Origin: Octopus vulgaris
Lineage: Eukaryota
Length of the DNA: 64,000 bases
Direction: 5' to 3'
Assembly (NCBI GenBank): GCA_951406725.2
Contig: OX597819.1
Location: 107,508,001-107,572,000 of the forward strand
Shown here: positions 27,515 through 40,447 of the stretch, piece after piece
How positions within the stretch are numbered: position 1 is the first letter of the stretch
How the letters are laid out: each line of letters begins with the position of its first letter
Translations under genes and position numbers: made by a program
The notes under the pieces: model-generated
Seen by the model: only the letters and a program-made list of their open reading frames with translations
Database searches by the model: none
Told to the model about the DNA's origin: nothing

Positions 27515-28570
27515 GACTGGAACTTCCACCAACTGCATTGCCGACTGGCAAAGGATTGTAAGCGCCTGACGATAATCTCGGTGCTAAGTGCCCTACCTCG
27601 ATTTTCGCTTGATCCAGGATTGCAGCTTCGAAAAAGAAGCGAGCTACGGAAGAGCGATTCTGACAAACGGCGGCCACACCTGCTCATCGGCAAAGAAGAA
27701 CTGGAGATGTCATTATCTCAGCGCATGTCTTTGCATCAGCAGCCACGGCATTTTAAGTCCTCGATTTAGTGGGTGTTGACAACAAATGGGGCGCTTGGCC
27801 AGTGGAGCGCGTCCTATTCACATAAAAAGTAAGAGTATCCGATCTAGACTTGTCAGGCGTAAACTGGGGCAAGCTATGACGATTATGCGGTAATAGATGA
27901 TGGAGGTGATGTGTGCATTCGCTTCCTAAGCCCGACCTTTCAGAGACAGCATTCTTTCGCCCCATTTCTGTGAGAGAGTGGCCACCTTGACGTTACCTTG
28001 TCTCAGTTCTTCTCTCCTTGGAGATCCAGACGAAGCCAGATTCCAAGAAATTCAACTGGTCCCTCCGTCCAGCGTCCCCTGACGTTATTGGACGACATGA
28101 ACCTGCTTCTCCAGGTGCTGAGTTTCAGACTCACTGACATTTCTTGATTACTTATAGCTCCTTCCACCGTCTTGTGTTCTTTTAGTGCTGTAGCCATTCA
28201 CCTGAACTACCGAACAGATTACGCTGTACTGCGTTGCAATCCAGGCACAGAGGACACGACCGAAACGCCGGCCAAGTATTAGTGGTTGAGACTTTCGAGG
28301 GCTTTTGACTTATCCATATTCATCAGGGCACCATCCGTGCCACTTTTTTTTACCCACCCTGGTGGATGTTGTCGTGAACAGATCTGCTTGGGATGTTTGA
28401 ATTTCAGCAATCAGTTCCTTGACGACAAGCATTAACCTCTTCTCTAAAACCTTGGCCAAACTTTTGGAATCTGCTTTCAGCAGCGTTATAGGCCTAAACG
28501 TTTCTAATTGGCCCACTTGCTTGGGTCCCGTTTTAGTGGTGCCACCGCTATTCACTCCCGATCTGTTGTT
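27515..28570 (-). mobile_element. Old decayed Tx1-type RT fragment
   Basis: FRPITLLKADSKSLAKVL and GRWTEGPVEFLGIW..DLQGEKN are paralogous to ORF 31408..32517. Confidence 0.8.
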
Positions 28571-28771
28571 AGCTACTCACCTGATTGGTCTGTATCGATA
28601 ATTCCATCCAAGTACCTGACCAATTTTTGTTTCCCATTTTGTGCACTTGGAGAGTTGTTGTTTTGTTCTCTATGCCGTATAATACGGGTGTTATCTACGT
28701 CTCTTACCTTTATTTTAACCACACTCCAACCGAAGTATTCGGAAGTAACCACAATTCCTGCTCTCTTACTC

Positions 28772-28843
<72 letters not shown>

Positions 28844-28852
28844 TGTAATAAT

Positions 28853-29240
28853 CCTTTCTACTATAGGCACAAGGTCTAAAATTTTGGAGAGGAGGATAGT
28901 CGGTCATATTGACACCAGTATTCAACTGGTACTTATTTTATCGATCCTAAAAGGATGAAATGCAACGTTGACCTCGGTGGAATTTGAAATCAACACGTGA
29001 AGACTTACGAAATGCTGCTATTCATGGGTGGTTTCTGGTTTAGATACAATAAAACCACAAATTTCGATTCAAGGTGGAGCAATGGATACCACCAACTCCA
29101 GTAGCTGATTGGCACTTATTTTACCGACCCTGCAGATATGAAAGTTAATGTTACCCTCAGCCGGACTAGAATTCAGATTGCAAAAAGCAGGAGGAACTAC
29201 CACAAAGCATTTTTTCCTGAACTTTAATAATTCTGCCAAT
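28853..29240 (-). mobile_element. Two further decayed Meta-like SINE copies after (AAT)n
   Basis: Same core as 1325-2362. Confidence 0.6.
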
Positions 29241-30192
29241 CCAAAGGTAATAATGGTGCCGGTAGATTTTGAAATTTAAAAAATAAATGCAATTTTACAG
29301 GCATTCTTGATATTATGAAAAGTAATAGAATGATAATGAGGATGAATGTAAATTATAAAAATACTGATGGTCATAGAAAATACAATTGCAAATATGGCGA
29401 TGAAGCTTTTACTGTAATAGTAATGTGATTTTGAAATAGCTGGAAAAAAAACTGAAATTGCAATGTTAAGAATAGAGGTTGTTTGTTCAAGATACATGTT
29501 GGTACGCATACAATCAAGAAAATATATGTTGCTACATGGAATGGTCGTTACGGAATAATGGGTTTCAAGAAATATTAAGGTTAACGTAAGGACGAAATGG
29601 GTGCTTGAGTTAATTATGCAAAGTGCACTGTTTTTGCGTAGGTTTGCTTGGAGCATCTCAGAATATCATTATCAGCGAACCTTGACAATTTAGCAGGTAT
29701 TTTGACCAAAGAAAGTATTTCGAATATGCCACACAATAGAGATATATGTGTACTTAACACATTCTTTTCGTGATAAGTATGGTTGTTTTACTTCCACTTC
29801 ATCATACTGAAATGCAGTGTCTTGTACATTCAAACTATAGATAGTAGTGTATATCGCATACATCCCGATATATATAAGAAGCTGGGCAGGATACATCGAA
29901 ACGGATGGCTTTATGTGTAACGGTTCTAATAATGGTTATTGAGGTAGCAAATATATAGCTAGAGCACCCATTTCAATTTAATTCAAGAGGAACATTATAG
30001 AAATAACAACTAGACACACATGAGACCAGAACAGCTCATCTTAGCTTGCTTCAATGGTATATAAGTCACTTAATGTACTCAAGACATTAAATTTTTTTGA
30101 GACATTAAAATTTTATGGACCATAAGATGTTTGATAAACCATAGAAAAATCACTTGTATATCCTCATAAGTGAGAGGTACAAGCATACATGG

Positions 30193-30293
<101 letters not shown>

Positions 30294-30666
30294 TGTTTCT
30301 TTTTTAGCCACACAGGGCTGCACACAGACAGAACAAATTACAAGGTAGAGCTTTTCTTTTGGGGGTAAAAAAAGGGGGTTGGTTTTCGATCAAAAGGGAT
30401 CGTAAAAGGAAAGAAGGAGGACAAAAAAGGGGAGGATTCTTTTTAAAAAAGGAAAGGGGAGAGGAAAAAAAGTTGATCAATAGGGATCGTAATCACAGAA
30501 ATGTCAATATGAAGTGTAAAGGGGAGGACAGGTGAGGTTTACCCGTGGAAAGAAAAGCCTACGGAAAAGACCACGGTAACCTCGGTCAATGAAGTCACAT
30601 GTTATATTTCTTTCTTTAATTTTTTTTTCTTCCAAATAAGCAACTCTCTGTATTAATTTTTACGGT

Positions 30667-33600
30667 TCATAGAATCATAGTCAAGGTGGCTTCGTCATTC
30701 ATACGTGCCATCCTTGCTACATTCACCCATCTTTTTTTAAAACATTCACTAGACAAAACTTGCCTCTCTACTCTCACTTTCCTCTTCAAGTGATACTTGA
30801 AGAAGTTGATGAGAGATTGACCAGAGAGGAAAGTGTTTGTCTCTAATCCTTTCAGGCGCGTCCACCAGATACATTCTTTCGCCATAGCCACAAGTACGAT
30901 AAATATAGCTCTTCTTTCCCGTTTGAAGGAAGGAGGCGTGACGATATTAACGATAGACTCGGCTGATAGACCGGCACATCCCACACGTGACAGCAGTCGT
31001 TCGACATAAGCCCACAGGTCGGAAATTGCTGGACACTGCACGATTGCGTGCGGAGCGGTTTCGTCGCTCTGCCCGCATGTCGGGCAGGTTGGCCCCGTGT
31101 TTCTCGAGCCATGCCTATAGAGCTTATCCCGAACGGGTAGCGCTTCTCGGTAGCACCGCCAAGCTAGGGATCTCTGGAAGTTGTCCATAGGTCCCGGGCC
31201 GAAAGTCGTTTGAAACAGGCGGGTCAGGTATTCCTCGTCGACGCCCAGGTTTGCCCCGAGATCGTCGTCGTACCTCCCCTCCACTAATCCCCTATAGAAT
31301 GCTTTGGTTGTGTTGAAGTCACTCAAGGTCGACCCGGGACGGCAGAGTTGCTTGAGAGCAACGCGACACTCACGGTGCCATTCGCCCTTCCTCGGCCTCT
31401 TTTTGATTCACGACTGCAGTTCGGTCATGGAGACGAGTTGCGGGAATGCGTGCCTCACAAACGGCGACCACACCTGTTCACCGTCGTCTACATAGAGCCG
31501 GAGATGTCGCAGTCTCAGCGCGTGTCTGCGCATCATCAACCACGGCATGCCCAGCCCTCCTTTTAACGGGTGTTGACAGCAAATGGATCGCGTGACCATC
31601 GGGACGCATCCATTCCACAAGAAGCGGAAGAGGATGCGTTCTAGTTTGGTGATGGTAGGGTCGGGACAAGGTACGACGGTCAGGCGGTAGTAGATGATGG
31701 ACGCGATGTACGCGTTCGCGACCTCCGCCCGACCTTTCAGGGACAGTTTCCTCTCGGCCCATTGCTGGGCGAGAGTGACCACCCTACTCATTATCTCGTT
31801 CCAGTTCTTCTCCATTTGGAGGTCCGGACCGAACCAGACCCCGAGCAACTCAACCGGGCCGTCTGTCCAGCGTCCCACGACGGAGGTACTGGTGGACGGC
31901 ATGGGCTTGCTTCTCCAGGTGCCGAGCCGCAAGCCCACTGACTTTTCCCGGTTGATTTTTGCTCCTGTCACCGCTTCGTAGTCTTTCAGTGTCTCGCCGA
32001 CCCGCTCGATGTGCTCGTGGCTTGACACTATGACGGTGACGTCGTCCGCGTATGCAGACACGCTCGTCCCGCATCCTAATTCTCGCGGGATGCCCCTCAG
32101 AGTCGCCAGTTTCCGCAGTAGTGGCTCAAGAGCCAATACGTATAGAAGCGCCGAGAGGGGGCATCCCTGACGGACCGAACGTGCAATGTCGAAAGGTCTC
32201 GATAGATGTCCATTTACGCGAATTACCGAACGGATGCCTCTGTACAAGGCAGCTATCCAGCCGCGGAAGACGGGACCGAAACCAGCCGCTCTCAGGACTG
32301 CCTCCAAGTATCGATGGTCTACCCTATCGAAGGCTTTCGATTGATCCAAGTTGATCAGGGCCCTACCCATGCCAGGTTCGTTAACTACCCTGTCTATGAT
32401 GTAGCGCATCAGATGGAGGTTGTCATGGATGCTCCGGCCCGGCACGGCGCACGTTTGTGCGTTGTCGACCAGTTTCTCGATGACAAGCGCCAACCTCTTG
32501 GCTAACACCTTTGTCAAAAATTTCAGGTCTGCATTGTAGCAGAGTGATTGGTCTAAAGTTATCTATAATGTTCCCCTTGTTTGGATCTTTCTTCAGCAGT
32601 GTTACAGCTCCTCGACTCACAAAACCGGGTATGCTCCCGTTTTGCTGCCAGTTGCAGTATACCGCTGCCAAGACGTCTCCAAACAAGTCTGGCATACAAT
32701 TGTAAAACTCGTAGGGCAGACCATCCAAACCCGGCGATTTGTCTCTCGAGCATTCTGCCATCGCGTCCTACACATCCGCCGCCGTGATGGCACCTTCGCA
32801 GCACTCTGCCTCTCTTGCCGAGAGTCGTGGTAGGCTGTGCAGGTAGGCACTGAAGTCCACCCTGCGTTCACGCTCACCACTCGTCCCGTACAGTTGGGGA
32901 AAGTGCCGCTGAAATGTCTCGCACATCTTGCTGGGCTCGAGCAATTCGCGCCCTTGTTCATCTACCAGAGACCAAATGGTGGCTTCGTTGCCCTGCTGCG
33001 CCTCCGCCACCCGGGCCTCCCTCGCGGCTCCAACACCTTCCATCCTTAGAGCCCGCATCCTAGCCCTGACAGCACACCCTTCGTGTTTGGCGTTGAAGTG
33101 TTGGTCAAGGGCCAACCTTGCTGCCAAAACGTCGGGTGTGATGCCGCTTCTTATTGCCTCTTCTAACTTCTTAACTAACTCACCCTCTACTCTATTTCTA
33201 TCTACGGCTAGTGCCTTGCTATATCTTATTGCTTCCGCTTTTAGTGCTCTCTTGAGGGCGAATCACCATTTGTTGTTGACAATGGCTTCCGTTAAAGCCC
33301 TTTTTACTAACGTGTTGATTCTGTCTCTGAAAACTTGTCTGTACGGGAATGATGCATTCAGTTTCCAGTAACCAGGACCCTGTCTATGTGCCTTATCTAA
33401 GTCTAGCGTACACGTCACGAATTTGTGATCCGTGTAGCTGACTGTATGGAATTGTGGACATCCTAAGTTATCCTTGTCTACTGTCCTACTCAGTATCCTA
33501 TCTAGATACGATCTCGACGACCCACTGCGGTTGCTCCATGTCCACGTTGGTGCATTTGGGTGGTCGAGTCGGTACCTGTTAGACAGTTGGAATCGTCTGA

Positions 33601-34104
33601 GCAGGTCTCTGAGGCATTTGCATCCCCTTCTGTTTTTGTCTCTCCCCACATAGTCTAGATGCGTGTCCAAGGTAGCATTCCAATCCCCCACTAAAAGTAA
33701 AGGACAAGACGTTCCCAAGAATACTTCTAGACGTCGAAAGAAATCTGGCCGACCTGTTAAAGACGGTGCGTAGACTGATACGAGTTGAAAAGCGCACCCA
33801 TTGCTGCCGTCGACATCCAGAACGACTAGTCTACCCTCGGGTCTACGAATATCGTCTTGACTTCGAGATCCAGGCTCTTGTGAAAAAGTACCGTGGTGCC
33901 ACTACCGCCCATCCTCGGCAGACAGGGAGCAAAATAAATGTTAAACTGTCCGCCAAACATGGACTTTAGGGCCCGTGGCTCGTGGAGTCTGGTTTCACTT
34001 ATGGCTATGATTCCCAAATCGTGTGACTTGATGTCAATTAGGAGGTATCCTTGTTTCCAAGGAGACCCCAAGCCACGCGCATTCACACAACCAGTCTTGA
34101 CCAT
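30667..34104 (-). pseudogene. Tx1 ORF2 (APE endonuclease, reverse transcriptase, C-terminal CCHC) split by several frameshifts
   Basis: VNARG, ISETR, VYAP, GDWNA, SYLDRIL, TDHK (APE); KSPGLDGLPYEFY, FRPITLL, LDQSKAFDRVDH, VRQGCPLS, YADD (RT); CPTC...HAIVQC. Confidence 0.92.
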
Positions 34105-34154
34105 GATTCTATTGGGGTGTGTGCTTTAAAGCACAAAAAGGAAAGTACGGAGAG

Positions 34155-35822
34155 TTACTTACTTGTGTCGAAAGTTTTGGCTTCCTCGTTCTTTGATGTG
34201 TCTTGGAGGAGGTTTTTATAAAGTTTTTGGGAGAGATATTTTTGGAAACCCCCTACAGCATTTGGGAAGAGGGCTTTGAGTTTGTGGTGTTGTGTTTGTG
34301 TGATGTGTAGTATTTTGATGTGTTTGGGTGGTGTAGTGCGTGGATGGTTGTTAGTTTTGAAGTCATCTTCACAGATGTTTGTGTAGCCTGTGATGTACCC
34401 CATTAGTTTGGAGTCTTTTGTGTCTATCGCTGATAGCATTGTGTGTGTTTTTGTGGTGTTGGTGCTTGTTTGGTTGAGTATGGAGCTTTCAGGGTTCAGG
34501 TATCTCCCTGCTTTGGTTGCGTTTTCTTTGGTTTTTTGGGGTCTTTCCTTTTACCCCCTGTAGCTATTTGCCATTCCGTCGAACTTTCGTCGTTGGACGA
34601 CGAGTCCGAATCAGAAGAGGGTAGAGGCAAAGCGTTTGGATCTATATGTGTGTTTGTAGAAGGTGTTGTTGTTTTGTGTGGTGTTTGTGTTGTTGGGGTG
34701 TTAGGGCAGAATTTGTCTTTTCGTCATTGTTATTTGTTATTTTGGTTGTTGTTCTTGGTGCTGGTGTTGGTGTTGGTATATCTTTTGATGTTGGTGGTGA
34801 TGTTGCTTCTTTTGTTGGTTGCGATGTCGGAGGTAATTCTCTTCTTGGTGATGTGGTTGGTGAGGGGGAAACAGTTTTTGTATCGTCCGCTGTTTTTCCT
34901 GTCTTTTGGGTTGAAGGAGGTGTGGGTAGCAGGGGTTTCCTTCCAGGTTTGGGGAGTGGTTGCTGTTGCCTATTTCTGACAGCAGTTGGGCACTCGTATC
35001 TAAGGTGTGCCTTACTGTTGCATAAATAGCATCTTGGTCTCCTGCCCTCCACCACTACACACAATTTTTGGTCGTTTGCCAGTTGAACACAGGCTGGTAA
35101 ATTGTTTATTGCTTCTTGAGAGATTTGAAGCAATATTTCGAGTTTTTTACCAGTCCAGCTTTCCTCTGGAATGTCAGCTGTTTCTAAAATATCTGCTTCT
35201 TCTATATCGAAGCAGAAGGCCGATACCAGCCACTGGGTATCCACTATTGGCGGCACATTATTTATTGTGACTTTCGTAATTCTGCGCCCAAGGTAGCTGG
35301 GTACCATTGTTACCTGGTCTGTGCGCAGAGTAAGGGTTGAAAACCTTTTTGCTAGTTCTTCCGTATGGAAGCGAACTTGCACGGTAGCAAATTTACTTCC
35401 CCAATTCACATAATTTCGGAATTTCCACACGGAAGAGAGGCACTTTTCAATTTTTTCTTTAGGTAGGCTTTCTGGTCTTTTTGTTTTGGTGTTGAGTATT
35501 CTGTAAATGATGGTCTTCTTTTGTGTTTCTTCTATGATGTTCCGTGGAATATTTAAATGTATTGTGTCGCCTTCTTTGGTGAGCAAGGACTTTGTGTCTT
35601 GTATTTGTTGGTGAGTAAATTTTAGGATTTTTCTTTTCGGTCGTATGGCTTCCGCGAAATTGTTTTTTGTGGAGGGTTAGTGGTGGTGGTGGTGGTGATG
35701 TTTGTGGCAGAGTCGTTCGTAGTAGTAGTAAACTGTGAAGTCGGATTGTTTACCAGTTTTTGAGTGGAGGTCGCGATGTTAGCGTTCATGCTCACATTTG
35801 CGTTCGTGTTGTTTTCCCCCAT
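34155..35822 (-). pseudogene. Tx1 ORF1 (gag-like, zinc knuckle) with frameshifts
   Basis: ATG at 35822; main frame 34642..35586 has CYLCNSKAHLRYEC (CX2CX4HX4C) followed by a Pro/Thr-rich tail. Confidence 0.8.
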
Positions 35823-36147
35823 TTCCCCTGCTTTATGAAATTGTGAAAGATAGATAGATAGATAGAATTTTATCTAACTCAGCTACCTGCTTCTATATTA
35901 ATGTGTAAGTGGTTGAATACAGAAGAACGTGTACACTTAATATAATTCTCAGGGAGAATCAGCGTGACCTGGAATGCGACAAGGTCACAAATCAATTACT
36001 GGTACAAATCAATATATGAGCACCTATACCTTTTCCATTTCACTCACATGTGTGGGTCAAACTTGAGACTATAGAAATACGATTTGCCTAAGATACCGAT
36101 TGAAAAATTTGGAGTTCACAAGAAGTAAAGTTGGACATTTATTTTTT

Positions 36148-36190
36148 CATCGCTACAATTGTTTCCACGCAACGTAGTTCCTCAGACATG
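36148..36190 (-). ncRNA. Minimal hammerhead motif
   Basis: CATGT-CTGAGGA-ACTAC GTTGC GTG-GAAAC-AATT-GTA-GCGATG; palindromic stem III ACAATTGT; weak stem II. Confidence 0.6.
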
Positions 36191-36848
36191 CAGGTACTTG
36201 ATTATGCAACTGTTTCCCAGCATTATGAGATCTAGTTGTGTTTCTTCAAGCGATATGTAAATATTGTTTCCGTAAGTTCACATTCGCTTCTTCCAGAACA
36301 CCCTCTCTATCTATCGTGGCCTGGATTTAGTAGCTGTCACCGAGTTTATCACGGTGTGTTGCTGAAGGACTGTTGAAAAACTGCTTTGAATGTGTAGATG
36401 TAGTGGGATGGTGATTCTGATACTGTTAAAAGGGTTTCCGTATTAAAGGGATTAACATTTGATTTCTTTGTACAGTTGATTTGTTCGTTATGGTTGGTTA
36501 CACATGCGACTGTCCTTAGCTGACCTTTACTAATCGGCCTACACGCACATAAATGTGGTGTGAACATTTATAATTATTGATTGGATGCTTGGTTTTGCGG
36601 TGCTACCAATGATACCTGCATATTTTGCGTGCAATAATAAGTAGTCCTGCTTTAGTATTAATCATGTGGTTTGGTATTGATGTCGGAGAGTTCCGTTCTG
36701 ATACACATCTGTCAGTAGGTGGATTGTGTTTAAATTTTAATTACACTATTGTGTAGTAAGTAGCATATAAAGCACATTATTGATAATATTGCTGGTTCAC
36801 TTGTTGATAAAAGGGGAAAATTTATAATTATTCGCTTTAAATACATTT

Positions 36849-37280
36849 ATTATATGAAGGGCATTGCTACACGTAAATGCTTCACGCTATGAGGGACTCT
36901 TTAAGTCGAACTACCATAATAAATATACAATATACCGACAGCGAGGGAATTCAACTTGGAAGCCATCCTTTAAAAAGAGATTCAGTTGCAAATCATATGA
37001 TTTCATAATTAGTGTACATAATCCACATTGGTGTTCTTCTGGTCTGTTGAATTTTATTCCTTTTTATGTGTCTTGATTATGTTTGCACTGACGATTAGAA
37101 AGTGGATTATGTACACAAACTATGAAATGATATGATTTGCGGCTGAATCATTTTTTAATGGATAGCTTCCAAGTTGCATTCCCTCGCTGTCGGTACACTG
37201 TATATTTATTAAGGTAGTTTTGACTTTAAGAATCCCACATAGCGTGAGGCATTTACGTGTAGTAATGTCCTTAATATAAT
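36849..37280. repeat. Diverged inverted repeat, ~180-bp arms and 75-bp spacer
   Basis: 36849-37026 is an imperfect reverse complement of 37102-37280; followed by (TA)n. Confidence 0.9.
37084..37141 (+). ncRNA. Hammerhead motif spanning the spacer and right arm of the inverted repeat
   Basis: TGCA-CTGACGA-TTAG...CTAT-GAAA-TGATATG-ATT-TGCG; the left arm preserves the palindromic stem III AATCATATGATT. Confidence 0.6.
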
Positions 37281-37799
37281 TTTTTTATTATATATATATA
37301 TATATATATACATTTACACATACATACGCATCTCTATATATACGCATACAGGCACACATATACGGATATGTCCTCGTAGTCACATACGTATGCACTTACA
37401 AATATATGTCCATATACACACATGCGTACATATATATGCATATGCGAGCGTCTGCATACATTTATATAGCCACATATACACACACATATTTGTGTGTGTT
37501 TTGTGTTTATATGTGTGTGTATGCGTGTGTGTATAGATATATACGCACATATGGATAGGGGGAAAGAGGACAGGGAGAGGGTTCGCTGAATCATTATCAT
37601 TACTCTATTGTGTTGTATCTGGAAAATGTATATCTGGCAACATCTTGGTATTTCCACAGCATGCTTTTGAATTAAGTATTCGTTACTTAACGGAATGCAC
37701 AAGGTTTCCTCAAGGCACAAGGCAGATAGTCGGATAGTGTATTATATGGGTGTACATTTTTATTATTGACCATTTTATTGCATATTTGATTGTTCCTTC

Positions 37800-38372
37800 T
37801 TTTAATCTCCATCTTAATCTCCAATGAGGACGACGTCATGCCGTCCCACATCTTTGAATAGAGACTTAGGCTCAATTCAGACTGCTATGTGAAGCTGCTG
37901 GAAACTGTGACAAAACCTGACCGAAGTGAGTTGCTGATGGAAGACCATACGTGTGATAGCAGGATTCGGCTCTTTGCCATACCACCGGAATGAATCAGAA
38001 GTGGTTGTCGAAGAATTTTTACTTCACTAGCTCCAATTGCTGGCCTCCTAATTCCCCCGATTATAACCCCATCGATCACTATGTGAGGAACGGTTGAGAA
38101 GAACACCCAACTACTTTGCCTACAACATCGAGGCCGAGCCGGTTACCTACATCAAGGATGTGTTCCAAGATTTTCCCAAAGATACAAAGTGAGGAACGCA
38201 TGCAACAGGTTCCACAGCCGACTTTCGACTTTGGCAGGGATGGAAGCTGAGTGCGACTACTGTTATCTAGTCGTCATGATCTAGTTGACACTTTTGGATT
38301 TTTTAAAAATACTTTCATCTTCGGGTGGGGTAGTCTCGGGTGCAGACTGTCAAAGTTAGCCAGAACACCCTG
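37800..38372 (+). mobile_element. Decayed Tc1/mariner 3' fragment
   Basis: QDSA.CHT and WPPNSPDYNPIDHYV motifs; TIR-like end CCAGAACACCCTG. Confidence 0.7.
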
Positions 38373-38411
38373 TGTGTGTCTATACACTTACATACACACA
38401 CACACACACAG

Positions 38412-38488
<77 letters not shown>

Positions 38489-39283
38489 TATATTCAATTC
38501 TTGATTCTTAAATTGGCTAACTTGCCCAATTGTAGGAATCATGTAACATGGACTGCATTTTTCAGTATATGTATCTTTTTTTTATACTATAGAGCGTGCT
38601 TTATGTAAAATATTGCACTCCCTGTTTTTTCTAGTACGTCTAGCAACCATACACAAGCTGCTTGTTTGAAGAATATGTGTGTATGAGTGTAAATGATATC
38701 CATTAAACATGGAAGAAACCATTACAACGGTTGTCAAATGTTGAGATTACAGAAAAAAAAATAGCCTTTGCGTACGTGCTTGATTAAGTTATCGGTAGAC
38801 AGTCATAAGGTTATTTAGTTATTGTTTGGTTTGTTTCTGCTATAACCGCCAAGACCATGCAAGAGCATATAATATTTCATGATTTTATGATATATATATA
38901 CATACATACACGTGTGAGCGAGTGTGAGTGTACGTGTGTGTGTGGGGGGGTGTATATGTATATATGCATACATAGATACATATATGCATACTTACATACA
39001 TTACTATTATTATTATTGTTGTTGTTGTTGTTGTCATTCGTGTATAATGCACAATATCTATGTATATATGATAAATTTTATAAGAGTAATGTTTTAAGAG
39101 AAATTTAATAAGCTGTATATAGTGCCGGCGTGATTGAGACGAAATCACTATAGCCGAAAAAATAAAAAATGCTCACCAACACGTCTGCTTTTTATTAATA
39201 TAATATTATGAAATCCGACAGGAAGTTTGTGTTGTTCAATAGCATATTATATATACATATGTGTGTGTATGATTATATGTATG

Positions 39284-39340
<57 letters not shown>

Positions 39341-40015
39341 TTACATATATACATATATATCTATTTATATATATACACACATATATATATACACATATAC
39401 ATGTTGGTGTATCTTTGAAGACATATATGTATTTATATGCAGCTTCACATATATCTACACACACATACATACATTCATACATATGTACATACATGCATAC
39501 ATGCATACATAAATATATACATACATACATGCATACGCATATACATAAAGATATACATACATGCATAAATCTGAAACTGAATTGTCTTGTTCAAAGTATT
39601 AGTGTATTTACTTTCCTGTATTTCTCTTAAATTTCTCTGTATTATTATATATATCAACTTACACTACTTTCTGGAAACAATGTTGTATGTTTAAAATGTC
39701 TGTGGAAATATTTCGGTAATATTGTTGAGTAGTATTATGTTGAAATATTTATTAAATAACTGGATGAAGAATCTAATATAGAATCAGACGGGGTCAGTGA
39801 CATTGTCCAGAAATTTAATGAAGAGGCATAAATAAAAGAATTTCTCGAATACCAATCTCAATTTACTGTTCTTGCTTTCCAGCCCAAATTGCAGAAACTT
39901 CGTGTATGTTGTACCATGGATTACTGTAATGGCCACGGCTGCCATAGATCTAGATTTGAATGTTCACTTCTTTAGTTGGGTTTTGTGTTTGCCCGACAGA
40001 TATCAAAGCTGTAGG

Positions 40016-40447
<432 letters not shown>

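Larger units (their letters stand above)
30294..35848 (-). mobile_element. Near full-length L1-clade (Tx1-type) non-LTR retrotransposon
   Basis: ORF1 with CCHC knuckle, ORF2 APE-RT-CCHC, ~370-nt 3' UTR, very short 5' UTR; (GATA)n on both sides (30194-30293 and 35849-35866). Confidence 0.92.

Noticed and set aside
29276-29896. Non-repetitive ORFs as possible host exons
   Set aside because: No recognisable domain, compositional bias or supported splice structure
34443-35029. Plus-strand Val/Leu/Gly-rich ORFs, and similar ORFs at 62439-62729 and 63028-63339
   Set aside because: Antisense shadows of C/A-rich retroelement coding strands
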